This document shows, one piece after another, positions 1 through 13,519 of a DNA stretch of 64,000 bases. Source of the DNA: Octopus vulgaris (lineage: Eukaryota); assembly GCA_951406725.2 (NCBI GenBank), contig OX597824.1, positions 61,132,001 through 61,196,000 on the forward strand, given 5' to 3'. Below the pieces are notes generated by a model that did not search any database, was not told where the DNA came from, and worked only from the letters and a program-made list of their open reading frames with translations. Within the stretch, counting starts at the first letter, position 1. Each line of letters opens with the position of its first letter. The translations under genes were made by a program, and so were the position numbers.

Positions 1-2257
1 TATCATACTCTCAATTTTGGTCAACTTGCGCCACAGGGTCTCGGAGGAGATAGTGTTAGTTGAAGACTACCAAACCTGCCTTACACACAACTTCAGCTTT
101 ATATAGAGAGAGATTAGTATATTTAAAAATTGTGATAATTCATGTAAATCTATCGTGTTGTAATAGAATTATTTTCCCCATTTACAATACACATGTACTT
201 GAAGCAACAAGGAGCTCTCCACATGGTTCTATCGGAAACAGCAACTACATCTCCTTCGAATCACACACTCATGCAACCATACTCAAAAACGCAATGTGAC
301 TAATAAGTAGTCATTAAAAATAAGATGGGGAAGATCAGAGTTCAGTCGGGGATACTTGGGGCTAAACAACTATATTCTTTATTATTTCAGATTTATTCTA
401 ATTGAATGAGAGACCAAAGTGTTTTATAATCTGATGCATTCCACTGGATCTATTCAATGTTAGTTTATGGTGGGGTTGTTGTTTAGTCTCACCTCAGCCC
501 TAATCCAGTAGACCTACGATAAATACGTTCCTGTCATGATCATTCATATTTTATTCAGACAAAAGTGTATCTAGAACTACATTATCCTATGTAATCTTAA
601 TTTCTTTTAAGACACTGCCATGTGATTTGAGGGAGATTTGGCTACTATTTCTAACAGGTTGAGTGACCATAGATTCTCATTGATATGATTGTTCTTTAAT
701 TATTAAAAAATGTTTTCCCACCCACATTTTTTAAATTGTGAATGCATGTTTATGTTTTTCCATTGACAGATTGAATAATACTTGTGTATGAACTGTGAAA
801 CAACATGGTAGTGAGATATAGTCTTTGAATTCAGAGGAGTTGTAGAGACTAGAAAGCAATGTGTTGAGCATGTGATTACAGCTCTATGGGGAAGTGCAGG
901 GCACACAAAGTAGATGGAGTGTGTGGAAGAGGGAGACTCAAGAAGACAAGGCGTGATGTGGTTGAGACTGATCAAATGCTGTTGAATCCCACAGATGTGA
1001 CAAAACACTATAATTGGTAACATGCAGTACTAGAGGAGACCCACTTACCCATGTAGGCATGGCAAAAGTGACTTTAAAAATGTTGGCAGGAAGACATAAT
1101 ATGTATATATATATGTATATGTGTTTAATCAATAACTGTGAGTCTAATAAAATGTATTGTTTCACCCAAAGGCTTTGTTGGTAATTTTGTCAGACTCACG
1201 ATTATTAATTAAATTTCTTTGGTTGACTTTCATACTTCTTGTTATGAGTTCTTTATTTTAAGAATCCTGAAAATGTTACTTTGCATCAGCCACATCTATG
1301 AATATTTCTATAGTGCCATGTAAAACTGCCCCCGGTGTAGTTTTACACATAAAAGCACCCAGTACACTCTGTAAAGTGGTTGCCATTAGGAAGAGCATCC
1401 AGCTATAGAAACCAAGTCATCTCCTGTCAAACCATGCAGCCCATACCAACACAGAGAGCAAATGTTAAAAGGTGCTATATACACATATATGCACACAACT
1501 GGGTTGCTCACCCCATGTTTCTATCAAATCTACATCTGCCTCTTGCATCTTTGATGTTCTTTCATCTCTCAATCACTCAACATTGACCTCTTCTATTTTT
1601 TGTATTATTCTATTACTGTTAGTAAAAAAGGTTGTACCATCAGCCTTTATGTATTGTCAGTCATCATTCCTTCTGCCCCGAGCCACTTGTAGTCTTCTAC
1701 CACATACTCTTACCCCTGTCCACCTCTACCTCTCTTACCATCACTCTTACCTCCCAACTCAACTACTTCTAACCCCAGTGAGTCTCTGTCCTTGCTTCTT
1801 TTGTTATCTCCTCCCTCTACTATCCTCCCACTTCTTGGTGATTCCCTACAACTAACAAACACTGTAATGAAGACTCTTTAGACTTATAAGGTCCAAACCA
1901 GCCACACTTGAGCTGATTCCTTGATAGAATGCATTCAGTACACTCTGTGAAGTGGATGATCAATGAAGGGGGAGAAACTGTAGGGTCAAAAGGACCCTTT
2001 ATTCTTGTTGATGACAAATGGCAACCTTTTGGTGTCTCAATGAAATACACCTAGAACAGTCTTGTTGCTAGGACTCCTTGATGCTTTAACTCAAGTGATT
2101 GGTTTCAAGAAAGGTATCCAATTGTACAAACTATATAAAAAATGAAATGTAGAACTCAGATGTGGTTCTCAGAATGATATAAGAGGGCAGATGACAATGA
2201 TGGTAAAATACAGAAATACAATTATACACACACACACATATATATGCAAATATTTAC

Positions 2258-2670
2258 ATCATTACTCAGTTTTACTTCAAGATTTCTTGCAATTAGAGAA
2301 TGAGCCAGTTTGTAACCTAGACCTGAGGCTCCATCATTGGAATTTAAACATCATCGGGGTAGGTAGGTAGGTATGTGTGCAGATTTGTATGTTTGGTTTT
2401 ATGTATGTATTCGCATCCATATAGTTGCAAAACGATAAACGTCTGTCAACTTTTACAGATTTTTACAGTTCCAGCAATGAATTGGATCTGTAGTCTTCAA
2501 ATCAGACTTTCTCCTTTCTGGTTTTGAGAAGCCTAATTTCTCAAGACTGGTATTAAGGCAATGTGTTACATATCCCAGTGCCCCAATAATTACAGGTATA
2601 AACCTAAATTTGTAATCTGGATGGATTAACTGTAAATTTCTCAATTGTTCAGTGCAGATATTTTCTTTGT
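2258..2670 (-). mobile_element. 3' remnant of an R4/Dong-like non-LTR retrotransposon (restriction-like endonuclease C-terminus plus 3' UTR)
   Basis: ORF 2453..2782 contains LRNLQLIHPDYKFRFIPVIIGALGYVTHCLNTSLEKLG, matching the PxVIGALG motif that ends RLE-type LINE ORFs; flanked by simple repeats. Confidence 0.65.
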
Positions 2671-5088
2671 ATGAATGTATGTGTGTATGTATGTATGAAT
2701 GAATGAATGCATGCATACTGCAGTAACGTACAAAGACTGGAAGACAATATAGACTATATACAATTTTATTCATTCTATACATCTAGGCTGTTTCAACAGG
2801 TTGATACAAATGTTTCTTTGTGTATGGCATCACAACCAAGGTTTGAAGTTACAATTATTATATTTACCAAACACTACAGAATAGAATTAAGGAAAAGTGA
2901 AAGCTTCAACAGATGAGGGAGAAATTGAAATGTTCATCTTAACTGTATCATCTCAACAGGTTACAATAACTGAGGGTTAAAAATGTGTCTTTGTTTACAA
3001 CATTTTTCAATATTTCAGTAAAATACTGCTGCAATGGTCAAACTGAGAAGAAAAAAAACTTTCTGATATTCAATATATTCAATAGTTAATTTTGGGCCTT
3101 GTGCCTAGAGTAGAAAAGAATATATTCAAAAGTTGCAGTAGCAGTAGTATGGAACAACAAAAACAATTTTTTGGATCCACTTACAATAGAAATATATTTT
3201 GTAAACAAATGGGTTTGGCAAATATTAATAGTTGTTAATAAATAAAAAAAGAAAAGAATGATGATAATAATTTAGCAAATATGATATGCTTTTAAGTGAA
3301 AATGATGATAGATGGTGAAATGGAAGTGATAAGTTGTTTGATGACAAAGTGTAACAGCTTATGATAATCTTTCAAAAGGTATACAGAAAAGCAGATGAAG
3401 GTCAAATGTAAGTATTTCTCTTATTTCATTCAAAGTAAACACCAAGACACAACTAAATATCATAGAAACAACTAAACACTTCTTTTTAACTCAATACGAA
3501 AAGAAAATTATACTAAGAGAATTATGAAACTTTTCTAAATGTGTCTAATTTATTTCAAATATTAAACTACTATGGCAAATATTAAAACATTATAAACATG
3601 TGAAATAAACCATCAGATCTGTAACATAAATCACATAGAATATAATAAATACTATAGCTAATTCAATAACCATCCACATCTCATAGCTTAATCTAATGTG
3701 TTTAGGATTAAACCATTAAAATAAAATACTGGAATCTGTTAACCCACCTGATATTACCTTCAGTTGTAACACAAAATTTCTAGAAACCTTTGTTAAAACT
3801 TTATGTAAGATCTATTCCAAATGCCAGTTTAATAATGAAAATATTTAACTAAATCCCTCAAAATACTTGAGTATTTTTCAAATTAATTGAAACACATAGC
3901 AGGCTGTGCATTTCATCAGAAATAAGATATCAAATTAATTAAGCCAAAACAGAAAAAACTTTGGGGTAGGAACAGATCCAAACTTGTAATGATAATTTTT
4001 TTTTTTTTGTTCAGAAATATAGGGTTTGTAATCAAACATATTATATACAAACCCTCAGCAACAATGACAATGATTTCACAGACTTTGAAAGGATTAACAA
4101 CACCAAATTTACTAACAGATTGTAAACATGAGATAAAGTTTCAATAAAAGATAACAAAAATTCAGAAAACATCAATTTTTTTTGTTTTCATCTAAAAATA
4201 ATTAATTTATGAGAATAGAGACAGAAATGTACACAGTGAAAGGTGGAGGGATTAATGTATGGTTTAAATCAAGTGATTAAAGAATAATGAAATGAAGACA
4301 ATCACTAAAGACAAACTCTGGTTGCCACAGAGTTACGCTCAAATCAAACAGAACAGCTGGTGGAAAAGTTTAATGAGAACAATAATATCAATCACCAGTA
4401 ACTAAAGAGACAGGAAGAACATGGAGAAAACTTGAGAAAAATGGCTTCCAAACAGAAACATCAAGAAACCATATCACTGGTGAATGTACAATATATTGAT
4501 ACCAGTTATATCTGGAGAAATATCACAAGTGTCATCCAGTCAGCTGTACAGCAAAACACCAGGCATATAATAAAACATGCTCAGATAAAAAGACAACAGA
4601 AATTGAGATGTTTTCTCTAGTAAACTTCCTGGTTTTATTAAATGTAATGACAAAAAGTGATTGAAACATGTCCAGTATTTAAAAAAAAGATATTATATAT
4701 GTGTACCTGTGTGTGTGTGTTTGTGTGGATGTGTGGCGTGTATATATTCATATATATATATATATATGCATGTATGAATAAACATATACACATACTTATG
4801 TATATCATAATAATTTAGAACCTTCAAGAGATATGAAGTAAATCATATTTAATAGTAGAACTCAAAGTAGATCAAGCTGTAAATAATACTGTGTAGAACA
4901 TTGGATTAAAAAACCCTAAGATGGAAAAAAGTTGATAGCTACCTGCAGAAGAGGAACCCACATCTTTGATAACATGACAGATGCTCTGACCACTGGGTAG
5001 CCTTCAACTTCTTTTTCCATTCAAATAGCTTTTTAACCCAATATTCTATGCACTTATAGCTTTATCCATCATGAAAAATTATTTACCT

Positions 5089-5128
<40 letters not shown>

Positions 5129-5412
5129 GGGAAATATTTCTTTGCATTTTTGGTGCCTTAATAACTGTTTATCACAAACAATTTTAAAGTTGTTGATTCT
5201 GTAACAAAATACTGAACTGATCCAGGCAAGATGACAGTCTTACCAAATCAATTCTTATATTCTTTTGGAAGTATTTATAATGAGATTACATAGCAGACAG
5301 AGAATGAAATTTAATCAAAAGTGAACGACGAATAACAAAGTGAAAGATGATATGTGACAAACTGTTGATGTAATTCTTAAAATCTCAATAAATATAACTT
5401 CATAACTATATT

Positions 5413-5623
5413 GGTTTCAAATTTTGGCACAAGGCCAGCAATCTTAGGGGAGGAGTAAGTCGATTATATTGACCCCATTGTTCAACTGGTACTTGTTTTA
5501 TCGAGCCCAAAAGGATGAAAGGCAAAGCTGACCTTGATGGAATTTGAACTCAGACCATAATGACGGACAGAATGCAGCTAAGCATTTTGCCCAGCATGCT
5601 AATGATTCTGCTAGCTTGCTGTC
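5413..5623 (-). mobile_element. tRNA-derived SINE, family A (MetaSINE-like core)
   Basis: On the minus strand: B-box GAGTTCAAATTCC and core CTTTGCCTTTCATCCTTT...AAGTACCAG; more than 10 related copies in the window. Confidence 0.8.
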
Positions 5624-6021
5624 ATTAACTTCATAACTACATTGATACAAAAATGATGAGTTTTCAAGAGACCAGAAAATAAAGTTCAAAAATTATTTGG
5701 GAATTAAAAAACTCCTGACACACCTGACATACAGACATAGTTAGATCAGGCATGTTACCAATTCTTCACTACAAGATTTCATGCAATAGACAAAATATAT
5801 AAGATTGCTGGATTTTTCACAGCACACTTTTTTCTCTATGATACTGTTTCTCTGTAAGCGTCTGTCATTTGCTTGTCTGTAGGTCATTATGATAAAATAT
5901 CACAAAAAAGTTCAAGAGGCGACAACAAATGACAATCTATGTGGTAAGGTAGAGAAGGAATGGGGTCAAATGGAACACTAGCAAATAAATGGAGAGTTAA
6001 AGACATGAAGATGTGCATATG

Positions 6022-6098
6022 TTAGTGATCAGCACTTCTTAAAGCCGACAGGTCCATCCGAAGTGAGGAAAGCTTCTGACTCAACACTTGTAAAACAT
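6022..6098 (-). CDS. Small coiled-coil gene, exon 3 (last): (D)VLQVLSQKLSSLRMDLSALRSADH*
   Basis: Strong acceptor ttctctcttcctatttttacag; phase 1 matches the exon 2 end; TAA at 6022-6024. Confidence 0.75.
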
Positions 6099-6409
6099 CT
6101 GTAAAAATAGGAAGAGAGAAAATGAAAGAAACATCAAACAGCCTTATATATGGCAATTACAGATTTATATATATATTAGTTCATGCAATTGAAAAAAAAG
6201 CATTATTTATGGAATGACTCAATATATGAGTGCTGGGGTACTATTAAATGTTATGTAGAGACTAAATAAATTATTGAATGGTTAAGCAATAAAGTTTCTT
6301 ATCAAATATTGTTTCCTTAGGCAAGATATATTGTTCTAACTCTCCTATTTAGGAAACATGGAAAACTGCAAGAAAATCTCTTAAAATAATAATAATAGAT
6401 ATAAATCTA

Positions 6410-6617
6410 TTATTGGCACAAGGCTTGAAATTTAGGAGGAATGGGCTAGTCGACCCCCCACCACCACCACCACCATTTGGCTAGCATTATTTCACCAACC
6501 CTGAAAGGATAAAATGCAAAGTCAACCTTAATGGAATTTGAACTCAGAACGTAAAGAGAGACGAAATGCTGCTGAGTATTTTGTCCAGTGTGTTAACCAT
6601 TCTATCAGCTTGCTGCC

Positions 6618-6662
<45 letters not shown>

Positions 6663-6881
6663 TAATAATGGTTTCAAATTTTTTGCCACAGCAATTTTGG
6701 GAGAGTGGGCGAGTCAATTACACTGACCCCAGTATTTAACTGGAACGTATTTTTTATTGACCCTGAAAGGATGGAAGGCAAAGTCGACCTCAGCAGAATT
6801 TGAACTCAGAATGTAAAGACGGACAATATGCATAGCAGCATTTTACCCAGCATACTAACACTTCTGCCAGCTCACCGCCTT
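6410..6881 (-). mobile_element. Two tandem family A SINEs separated by (TAA)n (about 6620-6668)
   Basis: Two copies of the same B-box and core as 5413-5623. Confidence 0.8.
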
Positions 6882-7240
6882 AATCATTCAACCATGGTAG
6901 TGGTTGAATATATTCTTAAATTCACCATTTTGTCAATCACAGCAGCTTCTAAGCTTCACCACTAATTCAGTTCTCAACTGAATTAAAGAGGACACCTCTT
7001 CAGCTACACTTTGGCATAAATAGCTTGAGATTTGGTTCAGTAGAAAACAAATTACATCAAAATATGTCAGACCTCAAGTGGGCAGTAAGGCAGATATTCA
7101 TCTTCAATAAACATAATTTTTTTTTAGTAGAAAAACAGTTATGAGGTAAAATGTTATGAAAATTTCATGTCAGTAAGTAAGAAGTAACACTTAAGCAATA
7201 AGAATAAAGAATATATTTCTAAAATGAATGTTTACATTCT

Positions 7241-7650
7241 AAGGTGGCAAGCTGGCAGAAATGTTAGTGCGCCAGACAAAATGCTTAGCGGTATTTTGTC
7301 TGTCTTTATGTTTTGTGTTCAAATTTCGCCAAGGTCGACTTTGATGTACAGATTATTTCATTAATTTTCTTTAACTAAACACTTTCAAACTTCTGATACG
7401 GGTAGAATATTTTTGACAAAATTTTGTATTTTAGAAGTGGTATTTCATCTGTCTTTATGTTCTGAGTTCAAATTCCGCTGAGGTTGACTTTGCCTTTCAT
7501 CCATTTCGGATCCATTCAATTAGACATACAGATTATTTGATTAATTTTTTTTTAACTAAACACTTTCAAACTTCCGATACTGGTAGACTGTGTCACACAG
7601 GACAGGGTTTACTCTTAACGTTTTTGACAAAGTTTTGTATTTTAGAAGTT
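7241..7650 (+). repeat. Tandem duplication of a chimeric unit (family A SINE fragment plus DNA-transposon-like fragment)
   Basis: The run ...gttcaaatt..gactttg..acagattatttxattaattttxtttaactaaacactttcaaactt..gatacxggtaga..tttttgacaaa..ttttgtattttagaagt occurs twice. Confidence 0.7.
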
Positions 7651-8495
7651 ATTTTATCAGAAGTTACAGAGTGACAATGGACAAATTCATGTTTGATAAG
7701 TGCCAATACATGAAACTCTCAGCTTTTGACTTACTCTCTAACTTCTGCCGATGATATATATATACATATTACATATATGTATAAAAAAATCTCATCACAG
7801 AATTGAACCAATGGAAGAGCCTCTACCTCGTCGCTCAACATGCTAAAAATAGCAGCCATAGTATCCCCCTATCTAAATAACATGCCCATTGTATGTAATG
7901 TCCTAGATTATCCCTAAAAAGAAGGTTTGCTGAAGGCTGGAATGTCTTTGGTGATAAGTTTGCAGTATCAGGGTTGATTTGAGGTTAAATAACAACATTA
8001 TGGTCACGATTTTCACTAAGAAAGAAAAATAAAAATTTGATTTTTTGCGTGGAATCAAATACCCTGACCTCATAATATGCTGCAAATCCCTTATTTTGGT
8101 TCGGAAAAAATGAGGTGGAGGGGTCCCTGCTCAATCCCAGAATCATTGGAAATTTTTTTTTTCATTGAATGAATTCCTGTGACCTCCTAATATTGCAAAA
8201 TTAGGTTACTTAAGGTGAGCCTGGTAACTGATGGTTTTGGGGTCTTGTTGTTTGTAACTTTTGGTGAACCATGGTGCAACCAACAACATGGTAAAATTTC
8301 CTGCCATTAATTTGGTGTGGATGGGTAATATCAAATAATTTAATCACAACATATATTTAAATTAAACATGAAAAAAATTTAAATATCATCACTTTATAGA
8401 AAAATTGAAATATTATCTTTCAGTTAAATCTTAAATTATTAATTGTCACATTATTAATTATGTTATAAGAGCAATGTCTGGAAAAATCATGGATT

Positions 8496-8971
8496 ACATG
8501 GAAAAATGTGAGCATGCAAAGTCATATTCTTAAGATTATAAACCTGGAAAAGTATAGGACAAGCTATTACTTCTAGTAAAGAATAAGAAACGTTTTTACT
8601 TAAAATATTGCAGCAAAAATTAAAATTTGAATATTAAAACTTATTTCATTATAGTTTACAAATAACACTATTCTTATTTAAGTAGAATTTGGCTAATTTA
8701 CTACCTTAAATGCAGAAAAAAGTGACTAATTAGACAAACTTATGAATTAGCTGAACAGTTTTGTACAATAAATTTAAAAGATGAGAACTGTATAGAGTGA
8801 TAAATTAGAAGATCTGGCATTCTTTGCTGCAATATTTTAAGTAAAAAGTTCTTTATTCTTTACAAGAAGTAATAGCTTGTCCTATACTTTTACAGGTGTA
8901 ATAATTTGTCCTGTACTTTTCCAGGTTTATAATCTTAAGAATATGACTTTTCATGCTCACATTTTTCCATG
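8496..8971. mobile_element. MITE with ~120-bp terminal inverted repeats and TA target duplication (Tc1/mariner-type)
   Basis: TA|CATGGAAAAATGTGAGCATG... pairs with ...CATGCTCACATTTTTCCATG|TA; arms about 8496-8617 and 8823-8971. Confidence 0.8.
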
Positions 8972-9632
8972 TAATAATAATAATCACCCTTTCTACAGAA
9001 GGCACAAAACCTGAAATTTGGAGGGAGAGGAGTAGTCAATTACATTGACCCCAGTGTTTCACTAGTACTTAATTTATTAACCCCAAAAGGATGAAAAGTA
9101 AAGTCGACCTTGAGAGATTTGAACACAAAATGTTAAGATGGATGAACTGCTTGCTTTTGTACATAGCCATTGATTTATTATCATAGCTGTCTAGCTCATG
9201 ATCAATCCTGACCATTCCCTCCTTGTTTAGACATAGTGAATCTTTGACATGAGATGGCTGGGTGCAGTTGTTTGGACACTGATGATTTGGCATAATTGAC
9301 TGGACATTCAGCCTGTTTTTGCAACAGTAGATTTTGGCATTGAAGGCAAACACACATACACACTGAGAGAAATATACATATACAGAGAGAGAGAGAGAGA
9401 GAAAGAAAGAGGGAGAGAGCAAAAGAAAGAGAGATATTACAATTTATTCATTTAACATGACTGACATGAACACTTTCCCTTTTCTCATCCATGTAGGGAG
9501 AAATATGCTGAGACACACTAACTCTAAACTGGATCAAACATAACTGCAACATTAAGAATGTTGCAGTAGGTATCACAGGAATATGGCAAAGAGTGAGAGC
9601 AAAAGATTAAAAATGTAAAAAGAAGAGTGTAC

Positions 9633-9747
9633 CTTCTTCAAGTTCAGGGTTCTTGTCTATTTCCAGTACAATCCGTAATGTTTCTTTCAATGGAGACCAG
9701 TTAAAACTTTCAGAACAGTCTTGCTGCACAGCCAAACTCTCATTCTC
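9633..9747 (-). CDS. Small coiled-coil gene, exon 2: ENESLAVQQDCSESFNWSPLKETLRIVLEIDKNPELEE
   Basis: Acceptor attttatttacag, donor GAAG|gtacac; 115 nt open; phase 0 to phase 1 fits both neighbours. Confidence 0.75.
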
Positions 9748-9849
9748 CTGTAAATAAAATCAGAGAAAAATAAAGATAATTATGAAGGATCATATTGTCA
9801 AGTGTTCGCCTTTTTTAAGGATTGATTGTAATGTTATGCCTATTGTGAG

Positions 9850-10950
9850 GTATGATACCTTCCTGTACAAACTGATTAATTATATGGAAGACTAGGCTGT
9901 ATCTCACATCACCAGATATTTAAGCATCTGGGAGGTAATTCCTAATGGACCAGCTTTCCCTATCTTCATATCTTTAATTGCTTTATCAATCATACAGCTG
10001 TCAGCTAGAATAGCCAGTCCCACAGTTCATATTTAGAAAGCTCTATTTCTCCCATATATTCTCCATGTTTAGTAGCCTTTCACAGTAGCACTTTCATGCC
10101 TCTTTCTTTTCAGCATCACTAAGTGTAAGTGTACCATTATCTATTCATATACACTTCTCTGCAATGTCTCAATTTTCAGTAATACATTGCTTTGCACTCC
10201 AGAAAACCTCATGCCTTTGTCATCATGCTACAGAACATTGACAAACCTCTTCCTTTCTACTTCTCCCCTTTCTAAATATACCTGTTGTCTATCTTCTCCT
10301 TCAGTAACTTGATATAATCCTCTGCTCCTACTCCTTCTTCCATTCATCCCAAACCTGTCTCACTGATTTTATGGCTCTGTTTACTTCACCATTCCACCAC
10401 CATGTCGTCCACACCCTGACTACAATAAATATGCTGTCCTATAAGAACTTCCAATTCTCCTAAGTGTCATATGTCTATCTCCTTTTCATTATATAGAAGT
10501 TCTGATTTAAACATATATCTCAGACCATTCTTTCTGTATTTTCCTTTTCCAGATTGGTTTGTGTCTCTGAATCCTTCTAAGTCTGAAGTCGTTAACAACT
10601 AACCTTAGAACATTCTTCATCTGGAAAGGACTTTGTATTTACAAGCATCTAACTAACCTGCTTTCTAATGAGGATATAGTCAGTCTGGCTTGTATGCCCA
10701 CTAGACTGATAAATGATCAGGTGACTGTCTCATTTCTTGAAGTTAGTGTTCTGAATTATTAGGTCATTTACATCACAGAACTCCAAGAACCTTGTTCTTT
10801 CCTCAGCTCAAGAACTAAATCCATAGCTTTCATGCATATCATGGAATCCTCCAGGATGCTACCCAACGTGTCTATTGAAGTCACCAGCCATGAAAGTAAG
10901 GTCATTGTCATTCATCACTGAGGTAACCTGCAAAAAGACATTATAAGGAA
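9850..10950 (-). mobile_element. Decayed RTE-clade LINE (APE endonuclease and linker region)
   Basis: Minus-strand motifs LTFMAGDFNRHVG (APE GDFN motif) and IDKAIKDMK.GKAGPLGIT (KAPGPxGI pre-RT motif), with many disablements. Confidence 0.65.
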
Positions 10951-12673
10951 AATGTTATTAATAAAAACCAGACAATACAATTGACCTAAAATGGCACAAT
11001 GTAATGATAATCCTGTTCAATTGTCTGTACATGCCTAGTTCTACTGCTTCGGGTGATCTGGGCAGCAAATAATATGAATGGTAGAGCAGCCATACTGGAA
11101 TCCCTGAGTCATAGTAGATGATGACGATGTTGAAGAGGAGGATAGCATTAGGTGAAATTTTAACTAAAGAATCTCTGCTATCTTTCCATGAACAACTTGC
11201 CTGGCCTTGAGGAAGCATCACCTTCTTAAGAAACAGGTACAGGATCATGTCAGGACGGGTATCTGGCCATAGAAAATTTACCTCAACAAATTCCGTCGAA
11301 GGTAACATAAGCATGGAAAAGTGTATGATAAAATGATTATGGGATATTTAAGAAAACTATTTAATGAAAAAATAACAATCAAAAGCCAAAGAAAATAGTC
11401 ATTGATAGAAAATAAAGTAACAATATGCCTCTCTCACACTTTACATACATACATGCCCATTGCTAAGGGAAAAGAGACACTAGACGGCACTGTCCCCTCA
11501 CTATTCAATAGTGCATCCTCAGATTTAGAAACTACAGTTTATAAAAATTTTCTGAAGATACCAAAAAATAAAAAATGTAAAAAGTTATGACTGGTTAAAA
11601 GATCAGAACTCCAATTAAAGAACTTGTCGAGAAACCCCACTTTATTATTATTACAAATTAGTGCCCTCCCAGAATATTCTAAGTCTGGCGACGAGTTTGC
11701 ATGCATACCTCATACAAACATACAAAATAATATAGATGTTACGTTCTAATTACTTAGGATTCCATGACTTAAGGAATGAATGCTGCAAAAATGATTAAGA
11801 ACCAAATCTCTTCCTAGTCTATTGAAGTGTTTGCTTCAGTAAGAAACTCTAACTTTGGTACAAGACCACAATTGGAAGGGCGGGGTGAGATTAGAGTAAA
11901 TTATAAATACCCCAATAGTTTATAGGTAATTGAAATTTTTTTTTTAAACCCAGCAGAATTCGAACTTTGATTCAACACCACAGCTAACTTCCAAGATAAT
12001 TTCTATTTTTACATGTAAAGAAATTAGATTTATAATAGGTTTCAGTTCTGCTAAATTTTATTATAATTCAAATATAAAAACATGAGAAACTGTCGGAATA
12101 TGTTAAAGCTGTTGGTAATACACCAAACGAGTTAACAGTTCATGTATTTTTATATGTGTGTGTGTGTATATATATATAATTTAACAGAAGTGTGTGCGAC
12201 GGGAACAAAATATATTACTGGTATGGTACGCTACTGTGTATAGAGAGGTATGGGAGAGTGATCCTACATAGAATTTCAAGCGAATGCCAATTAATTTCAT
12301 TCCATTTATGTTGCTCATCAAAATTACCTGTTAACCCTTCCTCTAAAAATATGAATCATTGGAATTAATCAAAACATTCCATCACCACTACCACTACTAC
12401 TTTCATTATTGCATTCCTAAAGATGGGACGTTTGAGTTCCCTTTTTCCATATTCCTTGCTAACTATACATGTTAATTACTTTCAGGCTTTTATTTAACTG
12501 AAGTTACAACTGGTAAAGAGGCAGAAGCAAAATATGACGACATTAACGGAAGGTGTTCTCATCCTCCGCTAATGTTGACAGTTTACAGAATAACATATCT
12601 TCCATTCTACAGGATGGTTTTCACAATGAAAATTAATAGAAGAGATACAAAAGAAAAACGTAAGACACACCAC

Positions 12674-12784
12674 CTTTTGTAGTCTTTCAATATCTCTCAC
12701 CAAAAGTTGAATGTCGTGTAATGTAGCATTGTAGTCGTTCTGTAATTCCACTAATTCACGTAAATTCTCTTCGATGTCAGCCAT
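12674..12784 (-). CDS. Small coiled-coil gene, exon 1: MADIEENLRELVELQNDYNATLHDIQLLVRDIERLQK
   Basis: ATG in strong context (aaaATGG); heptad-like Leu pattern; donor AAG|gtggtg (end 12674) or GTG|gtgtgt (end 12671), both phase 0. Confidence 0.75.
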
Positions 12785-12907
12785 TTTTACTATGATACTA
12801 AGGCCGCTCAAGACGTCAAGCACTCTTCAAAAAAAAAAAAAAAACAGAAAAAATTCCGATTGATATCTGCTAAATATTTTACCTGAAAATATATAATTTG
12901 AATAATA

Positions 12908-13334
12908 GGATCTTTTCGGTTTGAACGGCAGTTTTTAACATAATTTCTAGGTAACTAAAAAATTTTAAACTTCGTATACTGGTAGAATGTGTTTATAAAA
13001 CATCTTTTTCTCTTGGCTTTATTGAGAAAATTCTATAGTTTGTAAGATATTTGTTGTTTTTTTCTTCAATTCCTGCAATTTAAACCAATCACTGATGTCT
13101 ATTGAGGTAAAAAAAAACATTCTGTGCCGTATGAATATGTCCCTCGTTTAAGAAACAGATTGGGTTTATTTACATTTGTGAAGAAAAAAGATACCCTTCC
13201 CCCACCCCTAACCCTAACTAACCCTAACCCTAAAACAGATTGAAATGCAATAGATCGATACTAGGGTCATAATTATGGGTGACAATTTCATATGACACCG
13301 CTAGAAAAAACTGTCGTTCAAACCAAAAAGATCC
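12908..13334. mobile_element. 427-bp MITE, Merlin-like (GG-starting ~29-bp TIRs, 8-bp TSD), with internal (CCCTAA)n
   Basis: GGATCTTTTCGGTTTGAACGGCAGTTTTT pairs with AAAAACTGTCGTTCAAACCAAAAAGATCC (2 mismatches); perfect TSD GAATAATA at 12900-12907 and 13335-13342. Superfamily is inferred. Confidence 0.85.
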
Positions 13335-13519
13335 GAATAATATCTCCTTTACATAAGTAAAATATGTTTAAAGGTTGAGGTGGAACTTGTTAATATGTGT
13401 GTGTGTGTGTACCCTCACAGTGCATCTTAAGAATTCATTACCATCTTCGAAAATTATATCGTATTTTATTTTATTTGTTTTTTTGTCTGAAGAAATGGGC
13501 TGAATCTGATCTTTGCAGG

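Noticed and set aside
6022-12784. Small gene as DPY30, the vertebrate neighbour of MEMO1
   Set aside because: Similar size but lacks the RAYLDQTVVPILL...PIEFLA motif.
13206-13233. Telomere or chromosome-fusion site
   Set aside because: Only about 4.5 units, and internal to a TIR/TSD-bounded MITE.
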